Of a DNA stretch of 64,000 nt, positions 8,255-18,815 are shown piece by piece. The notes beneath the pieces are model-generated. The model was given only the letters and a program-made list of their open reading frames with translations, was not told where the DNA came from and ran no database searches. The position numbers and the translations under genes are program-made. The stretch lies in the NCBI GenBank assembly GCA_963793695.1, contig CAWCBB010000025.1, forward strand, positions 6,357-70,356, given 5' to 3'. Within the stretch, counting starts at the first letter, position 1. Each line of letters starts with the position of its first letter. Source of the DNA: an uncultured Acidobacteriota bacterium (GTDB lineage Bacteria > Acidobacteriota > Thermoanaerobaculia > Gp7-AA8).

Positions 8255-9284
8255 TCAGGAAACGCCGAGAACACCCTCGCCGACGCTGCCGAGCTGTTTC
8301 GCCGATGCCCGGATGCCGCTGATCATCCCGCGGTACGCGCGGCTCGCTTCCATCGCGCGATGGAGATCGCCGGGCCGGTCCTCGAGCAACACCTCGAGGA
8401 CGGCGCGCGCCTGACGGAGGTCCTTCCGCCGCTTCGCCTGCTCGCTCACGGGACGCTGCGTGGCCGTCCAGAGCTTGTGCAGTGCGAACCGGGCGGGAGA
8501 GGGAACCGCGACGAGAACCGGATCCCGGGCGAGCAACACCGCACGCTCCCTCTCCTCCATGAGATACCCGAGATTCCGCAACGGCTGTGCAGCAATCCCG
8601 AAGGGGCGAATGGGAACTGGCGTTTCCCCGCGGCCGCGGGCCGGAGTCAGAAAATCGACGCGCAAGTCCTTCCCCCGCACCGCGAACGACGTGCTCGGCT
8701 TTCCCCGGTCCATCGCCGGAACTTCGAAGAATTTCGAATCGATCTGCTGGAGCTCCGCGAGGAGATCCGCCTCAGGCGGCGGCTCGACCGCGACGGCGAC
8801 CGAACGGTGAGCGATGTCGATGTCCTGCGTCCTCAGCACGTCGTCATCGAGCCGCACGCCGAGCATCGCTCCAACCGCAGCGAGCGCATGCGTCCCGATG
8901 AAGCCCCCCCGAGCGAAAGACACCCAGGTCCGCCAGCAGCCCGATCACGGCGCCGACCGCGGGAGCCGCGCGGGTCATCCCGCCCGCGACTGCCATCGCA
9001 GCCAGCTCGCGCAGTCGCGCGTCCGTCGCGGATGCTTCCGACCTGGCGTTACGCGCTTCGTCGAGGAGCTCGAGCAGCCGCGGCGATTCGGCGCCAATGT
9101 AGATCTGCCGCTTGATACCCGCATCGAGACGCTGCAGATACCAGTAGCGCCGCCCCCGGACCTCTTTCGATACGAACGACCCGCGACTCACGCCGAGGAA
9201 TGGAGGCGACGACGCCGCGGTCACCTGGTCCAGGAGCTCGGCGTAGATCGTCTGCGTGGCCTCCGGGTAACGGACAAACGTCAT
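8255..9284 (-). pseudogene. Nucleotidyltransferase-fold protein (GSU2403/AbiEii-like by recollection), one frameshift near 8920
   Basis: Track ORFs 8844-9284 (MTFVRYPEATQTIYAELL...RGRRYWYLQRLD...GLLADLGVF) and 8255-8923 (GGFIGTHALAAVGAMLGVRLDDDVLRTQDIDIA...) join into one ~340-aa protein if one indel is repaired. The family name comes from memory, not from a search. Confidence 0.6.
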
Positions 9285-9318
9285 GTTATACGCAATCTTG
9301 CCATATTGTGCGTATAAC
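9285..9318. promoter_or_regulatory. Perfect 10-bp inverted repeat (candidate operator) abutting the nucleotidyltransferase start codon
   Basis: gttatacgca (9285-9294) and tgcgtataac (9309-9318) are exact reverse complements separated by 14 nt. This is a locally AT-rich patch immediately 5' of the ATG at 9284 (minus strand). Confidence 0.5.
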
Positions 9319-9356
9319 AGACAAGAAACAGCTCCTTTCGCCGTCTCGTTCCGCGG

Positions 9357-9551
9357 CTACACGCCTCCTTCGTTCCAGCGGCGGACCACGTCCTGGATCA
9401 GCGCCGTCACCTGGTCGGTCACCTTCCGGTAGTACTCCTTCGCCTTCGCCTCGTCGAACTTCACGTACCCCTGTCCTTCTTCGTAGAGCCCCACCGTCGC
9501 GGGGAACGGGACCGCAAACCAGGTCCCCGCCGGCGGATACGCGAGCGCCAT
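9357..9551 (-). CDS. Small hypothetical protein (64 aa), possibly co-transcribed with the nucleotidyltransferase gene
   Basis: Track ORF MALAYPPAGTWFAVPFPATVGLYEEGQGYVKFDEAKAKEYYRKVTDQVTALIQDVVRRWNEGGV. An in-frame stop lies 60 nt upstream of the ATG. The composition looks like real protein. No family recognised. Confidence 0.35.
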   Translation of the reverse strand: MALAYPPAGTWFAVPFPATVGLYEEGQGYVKFDEAKAKEYYRKVTDQVTALIQDVVRRWNEGGV

Positions 9552-9688
9552 CGAGTCCTTGTACTTGTCCGGATGGACGAGCGAGGGGTCGATCGCCTGG
9601 ATAGCCCCTCAACTCTTCCCCTCTCCGCGGATCGCGATTTCGCTCAGAACAGGATCGCGCCGGGGAGAGAGTTCTGGTGGCGCGAGTC

Positions 9689-9792
9689 GCGCGAACCCCT
9701 CACCCGGCCGCGCTGCGCGAACCCCTCGCCCGGCCGCGCTGCGCGAACCCCTCGCCCGGCCGCGCTGCGCGAACCCCTCGCCCGGCCGCGCG
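9689..9792. repeat. 26-bp tandem repeat x4 (gcgcgaacccctcRcccggccgcgct), followed by a ccctctcc...ggagaggg hairpin (9804-9832)
   Basis: Four head-to-tail copies are read directly at 9689, 9715, 9741 and 9767, with a single A/G difference in copy 1 and a changed last base in copy 4. Confidence 0.9.
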
Positions 9793-9867
9793 GCGCGCGG
9801 CCACCCTCTCCCCGCCGTGGGCGTGGAGAGGGATCAGGGAGCGCCTGCGGCGAACCATCGGGGCGAA

Positions 9868-10302
9868 CTACTGAGGACAGTCCCCGCCGCCGTCGAAGAT
9901 GATCTTCCACGTGCCGTCGGGCTGGCGGCGCCACACCGAAGAGAACGTGCCGACGCGAGCTCCCTCGGGATCGAACACCGGGCCGTTGGTCATCCCCATC
10001 GTGCGACTCGGGTTGAGCTCCCATTTCTTCGGCTCCCATGAAAAGGGGCGCTTCTCCGTCCCGAAGAACTTCGACCACTGCTCCGCCACGGCCGCCTTGC
10101 CACGGAGAGGAGTCCGTCCGAGGAACATCGCGTCGTCGTGGATGAAGGAGAGGAATGTCTCGAGATCGTCGTCGGCGAACGCTTTCGCGAACGCCGTCTC
10201 GGCCGCGCGGAGCGATTCGCGGAGCTCGTCATTCGTGAGCTCTCCCGCGAAGGCGGGGAAGGCGGCGAAGAGGAGGATGGTGGCCGCGATAATTGAACGC
10301 AT
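9868..10302 (-). CDS. SnoaL-like/DUF4440 (NTF2-fold) protein with signal peptide
   Basis: Likely start at M27 of the track ORF: MRSIIAATILLFAAFPAFAG. The motif pattern LRAAETAFAKAFADDDLETFLSFIHDDAMF...GTWKIIFD is typical of NTF2-like DUF4440 proteins. Confidence 0.7.
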   Translation of the reverse strand: MRSIIAATILLFAAFPAFAGELTNDELRESLRAAETAFAKAFADDDLETFLSFIHDDAMFLGRTPLRGKAAVAEQWSKFFGTEKRPFSWEPKKWELNPSRTMGMTNGPVFDPEGARVGTFSSVWRRQPDGTWKIIFDGGGDCPQ

Positions 10303-10386
10303 GCCGCACATGGTAGCAGTGGCGCGAGGCGGAAGTCCGGGCGCGCGCAGCGCGCCCCTACGGCGGCATGCCGGGCACATCGCGCG

Positions 10387-10791
10387 TCAGCAGGCGGCCG
10401 CGGCGTAGTCCGCACGTCCGCGGACCGCGGCGATCAGCTCCCCCAGATCGAACGGCTTGTAGATCACCGGGCAGTAGCGCTCGGCGGTTTTCGCGGCCGC
10501 GCGCGGGAACGCGGTCATCACCACCACCCGCCTCAGGAGCTCGGGCCTGTGCTCGCTCATCCACTCGAGGACGCCCGCGCCGTCGATGCGCGGCATCATC
10601 ATGTCGAGGAGAATGACGGTGTAGCCCTCATCCCCGCTGCACTTCTCGATCGTCTCGGCTCCGTCCCTCGCCTCGTCGAGAAGAAACTTCTCCCGTTCGA
10701 GCACGCGAACGATCATCCGGCGGATCATCGCGTCGTCATCGGCGACGAGAACGCGCACCCCCTGCCCCGCCCCTGACACTTCCTGTTCCAT
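10387..10791 (-). CDS. Single-domain response regulator (CheY-like receiver)
   Basis: VRVLVADDDAMIRRMI...VILLDMMMPRIDG...VVVMTAF...YKPFDL covers the receiver Asp pocket, the phospho-acceptor D and the conserved K. Confidence 0.85.
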   Translation of the reverse strand: MEQEVSGAGQGVRVLVADDDAMIRRMIVRVLEREKFLLDEARDGAETIEKCSGDEGYTVILLDMMMPRIDGAGVLEWMSEHRPELLRRVVVMTAFPRAAAKTAERYCPVIYKPFDLGELIAAVRGRADYAAAAC

Positions 10792-11002
10792 CCGGCGGGG
10801 TATGCAAGCAAACTATTTGCCATCAGAGAGTTCGGCGGCGCCATCGAAGCCGGGGCCCGTGCGCCGGGCGGCCCTGCAAACGGGCCGGCGCAGCCGGTCC
10901 CTACGCCCGCCCTCCCCCCGTGCTACCCTTTTCCGCGTCGTCCCTCACGCAAGGTCCGGGCGCCCGCAGGGCTCCCCTACGCAACGAAAGGCGCACTCCC
11001 TC

Positions 11003-11437
11003 ATGCCGTGGTGGCTCTGGATCCTCGTCGGATTTCTGCTGTTCGGCATCGAAGCGCTCTCCACCGGTCTCCACATCGCCTTTTTCGGGTTCGGCGCGAT
11101 CGTGGTCGGCGTGCTGGTCGCCTTCGGCGCCGGCGGCCCGCTCTGGCTCCAGCTCCTCCTCTTCTCCGCGATCTCGATCTTCTCGCTCGCGCTGCTCCGC
11201 AAGCCGCTGCTCCGCGCCTTGCGTCTCGACCGCGGCCCCGACGAGCTCGACACGCTCGTCGGCGAGCCCGCCGCGGCGATCGAGGCGATCGCCCCGCACG
11301 CGCGCGGCAGGGCGGAGCTCCGCGGCACGACGTGGAGCGCGCAGAACCTCTCCGATCGTCCCCTCGAGCCCGGCGCGCGCTGCGTGGTGGAGCGCGTGGA
11401 AGGTCTCACCCTCTTCATCAGACCGGAGCGGACCTGA
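11003..11437 (+). CDS. NfeD family membrane protein
   Basis: Starts MPWWLWILVGFLLFGIEALSTG. It has two or three TM helices and a C-terminal OB-like segment (GRAELRGTTWSAQN...VVERVEGLTLFIRP). It lies directly upstream of the SPFH gene, which is the classic pairing. Confidence 0.8.
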   Translation: MPWWLWILVGFLLFGIEALSTGLHIAFFGFGAIVVGVLVAFGAGGPLWLQLLLFSAISIFSLALLRKPLLRALRLDRGPDELDTLVGEPAAAIEAIAPHARGRAELRGTTWSAQNLSDRPLEPGARCVVERVEGLTLFIRPERT

Positions 11438-11462
11438 TCCGCTCGCATCGAAGGAGATCGCC

Positions 11463-12411
11463 ATGCCCGGAGCACTCTTCGTCACCGCAGCCCTCGCCGT
11501 TCTGGTCATCATCGTCCTCGCGAAGACGGCCGTCGTCGTGCCGCAGCAGAACGCCTTCGTCGTCGAGCGCCTCGGCAAGTTCACGCGGCACGCTCGGCGC
11601 CGGCTTCCACATCCTCGTCCCGTTCGTCGACGTGATCCGCTACCGCCACTCGCTCAAGGAGCAGGCGATCGACATCCCCGAGCAGGTCTGCATCACGCGC
11701 GACAACGTCCAGGTCGCGCGTCGACGGCGTGCTCTACCTGAAGGTGCTCGACCCGCGAGCGCGCCTCCTACGGCATCTCGGACTACATGTTCGCCATCAC
11801 CCAGCTCGCGCAGACGACGCTGCGCAGCGAGATCGGCAAGATCGACCTCGACCGCACCTTCGAGGAGCGCACGAACATCAACACCGCGGTCGTCACCGAG
11901 CTCGACAAGGCGTCCGAGCCGTGGGGCGTCAAGGTGCTGCGCTACGAGATCAAGAACATCACGCCGCCGCAGGACGTGCTCGCCGCGATGGAGAAGCAGA
12001 TGCGCGCCGAGCGCGAGAAGCGCGCCGTGATCCTCACTCGGAAGGGCGAGCGCGACGCCGCGATCAACACCGCCGAGGGCGAGAAGCAGCAGGTGATCAA
12101 GGCGTCGGAGGCGAAGCGGCAGCAGCAGATCAACGAGGCCGAGGGCGCAGGCGCAGGCGATCCTCGCGGTCGCCACCGCGACCGCCGAAGGCCTCCGCCA
12201 GGTCGCCGAGGCGATCCAGATGCCCGGGCGGCATGCGAGGCCGTGCAGCTGCGCGTCGCCGAGCAGTACATCGACCAGTTCGGCGAGCTCGCGAAGGACG
12301 GCCAACACGCTGATCCTGCCGGCCAACCTCGCCGACGTCGGCTCGATGATCGCCCTCGCCATGGGAGCGATCAAAGGCCCCGGCGTGGACGCGAAAGCGC
12401 GAATCCCCTAG
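11463..12411 (+). pseudogene. SPFH/band-7 (stomatin/QmcA-like) protein, at least 5 frame breaks in this sequence
   Basis: Fragments across three frames join up: MPGALFVTAALAVLVIIVLAKTAVVVPQQNAFVVERLGKF / GAGFHILVPFVDVIRYRHSLKEQAIDIPEQVCITRDNVQV / MFAITQLAQTTLRSEIGKIDLDRTFEERTNINT...KQMRAEREKRA / ...NTLILPANLADVGSMIALAMGAIKG. Confidence 0.8.
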
Positions 12412-12546
12412 CCGCGCGGGACGCTCAGGACGCCCTGGACCCCGACTCCCTGGACGCGCCTTTGACGCCCCGGGGACGCGTTTGTCACCGGAATCAACCC
12501 AAAGAGGAGGTCCATTCGGGCCGGTTACGCCACATAATTATCGGAC

Positions 12547-13287
12547 GTGCCCATGAGTCCAAAACCCAATCGTCGTCGCGCCGAGAGGATCCGTCTCTCC
12601 AAGCCGTTCGTCTGCCGGTTCGGGACGCATGGGGTCGTGCTCATCGACATCAGCAACTACGGCGCGCGCCTCGAGCATTACAACCGCTTCGATCGGGGCA
12701 CCGAGCGCGTCCTCCGCTTCCGGTGGGGCCGCGAGGAGATCGCGATGCCGGCGAGCATCGTCTCCTGCCGCGTGGAACGATTCGTCCCGGGCGACACCGG
12801 CCTGACCGTCTACCGCTCCGGCCTCCTCTTCTCGCAGCAGGAGGGCCCGGAGTTCGAGAAGGTCAAGAAGATGACCTCTGCGCACGTCGCGACCACGCTC
12901 GTCGAGCAGGTCGCCAACGCCCGCGGCTTCAAGCCGATGACCCGCGACGGCGAGATGCCGATCTTCCGGAACGGGGCGCTCACCTCGAACGACTTCGCCC
13001 TCGACGCCGAAGAGGAGGCGCACCTCCTTCCCGAAAAGGAGCTCGCGCGGCGCGCGGGGTTCATCTGCTACTCCCTCGCGCGCGCGGGGTGGACGCGCAA
13101 GTGGACGCTCGACCCGGTCCAGCCGGAGGAAGGGTTCACCGTCTCGGCGAACGAGACCTGGGAACAGGTCGAGTCCCTCTGCGAGCTCTACCGTCAAAGC
13201 GACGCGGAGGGGCGTCACTTCATCCGCGTCCTCGCCGAGGCGAGCGTCGAGGCGGAGCTCAAGCGGAGCGAGAAGACCAGCGTCTAG
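12547..13287 (+). CDS. PilZ domain protein (c-di-GMP receptor-like)
   Basis: The N-terminus has RRRAERIRL...VLIDISNYGARL, matching the PilZ RxxxR and D/NxSxxG motifs. The ORF is an intact 246 aa. Confidence 0.7.
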   Translation: MPMSPKPNRRRAERIRLSKPFVCRFGTHGVVLIDISNYGARLEHYNRFDRGTERVLRFRWGREEIAMPASIVSCRVERFVPGDTGLTVYRSGLLFSQQEGPEFEKVKKMTSAHVATTLVEQVANARGFKPMTRDGEMPIFRNGALTSNDFALDAEEEAHLLPEKELARRAGFICYSLARAGWTRKWTLDPVQPEEGFTVSANETWEQVESLCELYRQSDAEGRHFIRVLAEASVEAELKRSEKTSV

Positions 13288-13337
13288 ACGCTCTGGACTC
13301 CCTGGACACCCCAGACTCCGGTTATCATCCGCCGGCC

Positions 13338-13883
13338 ATGCGTTTTCTGCCTACCTCTCTTCCCGGCGTGATCGTCATCGAGCCCGACGTGTTCGGCGAC
13401 GAGCGCGGCTTCTTCCTCGAAACGTACCGGAGCGAAGAGTTCGCGGCCGCCGGCATCGATCTGCCGTTCGTTCAGGACAACCACTCCGGCTCGGTGCGCG
13501 GCGTGTTGCGCGGGCTGCACTATCAGGAGCCCTCGCCGCAGGGAAAGCTGATCCGCTGCATCTCCGGAGCGGTCTTCGACGTCGCGGTCGACATCCGGAA
13601 GGGCTCGCCCCACTTCGGGAAGTGGTTCGCCGCCGAGCTCTCCTCGGAGAACAAGCTGCAGATGTGGGTCCCCGCCGGATTCGCGCACGGCTTCTGCGTC
13701 ACGAGCGAGTGGGGAGAGATCGTCTACAAATGCACCGACGTCTGGCGGAAGGAGAACGATCGGGCGATCGCCTGGAACGATCCCGAGATCGGGATCGAGT
13801 GGCCGGTCGCGGAGCCTCTCCTCTCGGCGAAAGACGCGGCCGCACCGACCCTTCGCGATGCGCCGGTGCTCCCCCGCGTGTAG
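13338..13883 (+). CDS. rfbC: dTDP-4-dehydrorhamnose 3,5-epimerase
   Basis: MRFLPTSLPGVIVIEPDVFGDERGFFLETY...RGLHYQ...KLIRCISGAVFDVAVDIRKGSPHFGKW...VPAGFAHGF is the canonical RmlC cupin sequence. It is embedded in the long track ORF 11787-13883. Confidence 0.9.
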   Translation: MRFLPTSLPGVIVIEPDVFGDERGFFLETYRSEEFAAAGIDLPFVQDNHSGSVRGVLRGLHYQEPSPQGKLIRCISGAVFDVAVDIRKGSPHFGKWFAAELSSENKLQMWVPAGFAHGFCVTSEWGEIVYKCTDVWRKENDRAIAWNDPEIGIEWPVAEPLLSAKDAAAPTLRDAPVLPRV

Positions 13884-13936
13884 ATCCTGCGGGCCCACAG
13901 GGACCGGGTGCGCCGATCCGCCTCTCGCGGACGAAC

Positions 13937-13961
13937 AAAAAAGCTCCGATCTCTCGGAGCT
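13937..13961 (-). terminator. Rho-independent terminator downstream of tRNA-Asp
   Basis: The minus strand reads agctccga-gaga-tcggagct followed by tttttg, an 8-bp stem with a 4-nt loop and a T-run. Confidence 0.8.
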
Positions 13962-13976
13962 GATTGCGTGTCAGAG

Positions 13977-14053
<77 letters not shown>

Positions 14054-14163
14054 GCACAGGGTTCGACCGGGTAACTCCCCCGCCGCGGCGTGAATTCCCG
14101 CGGCGGCCCCGGCTCGTGAAGCCGGCGCAGAGTAGCGAGCGGGGAGGGCTATGTCAAGAAATC

Positions 14164-16346
<2,183 letters not shown>

Positions 16347-16509
16347 GGGCGGCGTCGGCTGTTCCACGCCCTTCGCAGCGACCGCGTCATGCGCCATTGC
16401 ATGGGCTTGCCAAAATTCTAGCGACCCACCGCCGACCCGGACATATATTGCGGTCGAGCCGGCATGAGAAGAATTCGCCGGCCAATGTCGGGCGCGCTCT
16501 AGCGCGCCG

Positions 16510-16548
16510 AAACACCCCTTCGATGGCCACGGAGGGGTGTTTGTTTTT
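16510..16548 (+). terminator. Strong rho-independent terminator
   Basis: aaacacccct (16510-16519) pairs with aggggtgttt (16533-16542) across a 13-nt loop and is followed by gttttt. It is preceded by two further perfect hairpins (16458-16482 and 16491-16508). Confidence 0.8.
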
Positions 16549-16575
16549 CGTGTCGGGGGTCTTTGGCGTCGGGCG

Positions 16576-17913
16576 TCAGGAGTCCGCGCTCACCGAAGCC
16601 TCTCGCGGGCGCGCCAGAGCCTCCCAGCCGAATACGAAGGCGACGAATGCTGCAGGAATGAGAAGCTGCGCGAGCAGGCGCGGCCACGAGGTCGCGACGT
16701 GCCATGCGACCTCGTGAGGGGTGACGAGATACGCCCCCAGGAAGAATGCGAGCTGGAGGGCGAGGGCGACCAGGAGAAGGCGCTCGCGCGAGAGGCAGCG
16801 GGCGCCCGCGGCGAGGATCGCGACGGCGGCCGCGAGCCAGAAGAGCGCGTGCTCGGGCGGATTCGCGGCGAGCGCTTCGAGGGTCGCCGACGGCGACGCC
16901 GCGGCCGCGGCGAGGCGAGAGAGCGGCTCCCCACCGAACAGGTCGGTGCCCAGACCGTGCATGCGGCGCAGCGCGATCCAGCACGCTGCCGCCGCTCCCG
17001 CGGGTGCGGTCGCGAGGAGCAGGCTCCACCGCCTCGCGCCTCCGGCGACCAGGATCGCGATCGCCGTGGCGACCGTCAGCGCGATCCCCTCGTTCTTGGT
17101 GAGCGCCGCGAGCGCGAGCGCCGCGGCGGCGATCGGCATCCTCCCCTCGCGCCGGTCGACGATCGCGCTCCTCGACTCGAGCAGCGCGATCCCGCCGAAG
17201 ACGAGCAGCGGAAGGTCCGCGAGCCCGATGGGGACCGAGAGCACCGGGCCGGCGAGCGCCGCCGCTCCGGCCGCCGCGAGAAGGGGCGAGCCGGTCGCCT
17301 CCCCCAGGTGGGCCGCGGTGAAGAGAAGAATCGACGCCGCGAGCACCGTGAAGAGAAGGCCCAACTCGCGCTCGGGCCAGGAGCCTGCGAGCGAGGCCGC
17401 GAAGTCGTACCCGAGCGGAACGAGGATCGGGTAATCGGGATGAGCGAACTCGTTCGCCGGCCGCTCGAGCCATCCCCAGTCGACCGCCGCCGCCTCGTGG
17501 AAGACCTTCCCCTTCAATCCCCAGATCGCCCAGAAGTCCCACTCCCCAGGCGGCGCGAGAGTCGCGAAAAGAGCGTGGCCGATCCCCATCGCCGCGACGG
17601 CCGCTCCTGCCAGCCATGCGACGGTCCGCGTCGATCCGTTCTCCACGGCGCGCGGCGCGCCCGCGCGACGGCCGCGCGCGACCGCCGTCGCCGAAAAGAC
17701 CGCGAGAAGGATCGAGATCGCGGCGAGAACCGACGCGCGCGACCAGGCGACGCCGATCGCGGAGAGAACGCCCATCGCCAGGGCGCACGCGCCGAGTCCG
17801 ATCGGAAACGAGAGAGCCGCCAGCCGCCCTCCCCTCGCGCGCGGGTCGAGCGCGAGGACGATCGCCCCTCCGGCGATCCCGGCGATTGCGATGGAGACGA
17901 GGACCGCGATCAT
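16576..17913 (-). CDS. Polytopic membrane protein, GT-C (ArnT/PMT_2-like) glycosyltransferase candidate
   Basis: Intact 445-aa ORF with ten or more hydrophobic helices and an ...ALAALTKNEGIAL... segment. The function call rests on general resemblance only. Confidence 0.6.
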   Translation of the reverse strand: MIAVLVSIAIAGIAGGAIVLALDPRARGGRLAALSFPIGLGACALAMGVLSAIGVAWSRASVLAAISILLAVFSATAVARGRRAGAPRAVENGSTRTVAWLAGAAVAAMGIGHALFATLAPPGEWDFWAIWGLKGKVFHEAAAVDWGWLERPANEFAHPDYPILVPLGYDFAASLAGSWPERELGLLFTVLAASILLFTAAHLGEATGSPLLAAAGAAALAGPVLSVPIGLADLPLLVFGGIALLESRSAIVDRREGRMPIAAAALALAALTKNEGIALTVATAIAILVAGGARRWSLLLATAPAGAAAACWIALRRMHGLGTDLFGGEPLSRLAAAAASPSATLEALAANPPEHALFWLAAAVAILAAGARCLSRERLLLVALALQLAFFLGAYLVTPHEVAWHVATSWPRLLAQLLIPAAFVAFVFGWEALARPREASVSADS

Positions 17914-18347
17914 CGGGCGCTCCGCCTCAGAAGGGCGCTCCCCTCTCCGTCCCAGATCCGTACGAATCCGGGGATCCGCGGCGACATCCGCCAGGCCGCC
18001 ACGTAGTCGGCCCCGCGAAGGCGCTCGAGATGCGCGGCGTCATCGCGGTCGACCAGAGGGATCACCTCGCGCGCCGTGAGCGCATAGCTGGCGCGGTAGT
18101 ACGCGTACTCGTAGCCGCCGTTCCAGCGGCGCATCGGGACGACGATCGCGACACGGGCGCCTTCCGGCGTGCGGTTCCGCACTTCGCGCAGAAACGCGGC
18201 GTACCCGGGAGCGGCGCGGTCGGGCGCCTCGGTCAGCTCGACCCCGGCCACGGCGCGATCCGCGAAGAAGACGCGAAAGAAGAACGGCTCGAACCCGCCG
18301 AGAAGCATCGCGGCGAGCAGGATCGCGTAGAGCGCACGCCGGAACAC
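17910..18347 (-). CDS. Membrane-anchored hypothetical protein, coupled to the downstream GT-C-like gene (ATGA overlap)
   Basis: The C-terminal 130 aa of track ORF 17910-18527 looks like real protein, with TM segment ALYAILLAAMLLGGFEPFFF. I place the start at GTG 18347 because the upstream part of the ORF runs through the repeat element. The start is uncertain. Confidence 0.5.
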   Translation of the reverse strand: MFRRALYAILLAAMLLGGFEPFFFRVFFADRAVAGVELTEAPDRAAPGYAAFLREVRNRTPEGARVAIVVPMRRWNGGYEYAYYRASYALTAREVIPLVDRDDAAHLERLRGADYVAAWRMSPRIPGFVRIWDGEGSALLRRSAR

Positions 18348-18354
18348 GCCGACG

Positions 18355-18815
18355 AGTCTAGGGGTCAAGGCGTCTGGGAGTCCAGGCGTCTGGGTCCGTC
18401 CCTTCGGATCTCTTGCTGAATCGACGGCGGCGCGAGATCTTCCCCTCTCCCCGGCGCGATCGTTTCGAGTGCATGGCTGGCGTTCCGGGGAGAGGGTAAG
18501 GGTGAGGGGCCTGCGAGGGTCGCCCATGTGAACCCCTCACCCCTTGCCCCTCTCCCCGGAACGCGATCCTCTTCTCGCGCCTCATTCCGCCGGGGAGAGG
18601 GGGAAGAGACGCGCGGCTGCTCAAGCCTCGCAGACTCTAGACGCCCAGGACTCCCCAGACGCCCAGACGCTGAGACGCTGAGACGCCTCGACGCCTAGAC
18701 GCTTAGACGCCCCAGACGCTTAGACGCCCCAGACGCTTAGACGCCCAGACGCCTAGATGCCCAGACGCCTAGACGCCCAGACGCTTAGACGCCCAGACGC
18801 TTAGACGCCGACGGG
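18355..18815. repeat. Composite intergenic element with inverted G-N-GTCT-N-G tandem-repeat arms around three REP-like hairpins
   Basis: The left arm is gagtctaggggtcaaggcgtctgggagtccaggcgtctggg. The core holds cccctctccccgg...ccggggagaggg twice (18441-18495 and 18546-18602) plus aagggtgagggg...cccctcacccctt. The right arm (18630-18815) has about 20 copies of cagacgcc/tagacgct (8-9 bp units). Confidence 0.9.

Noticed and set aside
9559-10078. ORFs of 109-160 aa spanning the 26-bp repeat region
   Set aside because: Their sequences are direct translations of the tandem repeat (REPLARPRCANPSPGRAA repeated) and of the antisense of the DUF4440 gene.
16463-16501. 12-codon ORF (MRRIRRPMSGAL) as a possible leader peptide
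   Set aside because: It has no RBS and lies inside hairpin stems. The structure-based interpretation (sRNA or 3' UTR) explains the sequence without invoking translation.
16499-18006. Several 400-490-aa ORFs on both strands (16499-17788 minus, 16537-18006 plus)
   Set aside because: They are Arg-rich shadows of the 445-aa polytopic membrane protein gene (16576-17913), whose hydrophobic-helix pattern is the only protein-like reading.
18630-18815. Regularly spaced short repeats that could be mistaken for a CRISPR array
   Set aside because: The units are 8-9 bp head-to-tail with no unique spacers, and no cas genes are nearby. It is a microsatellite-like array.
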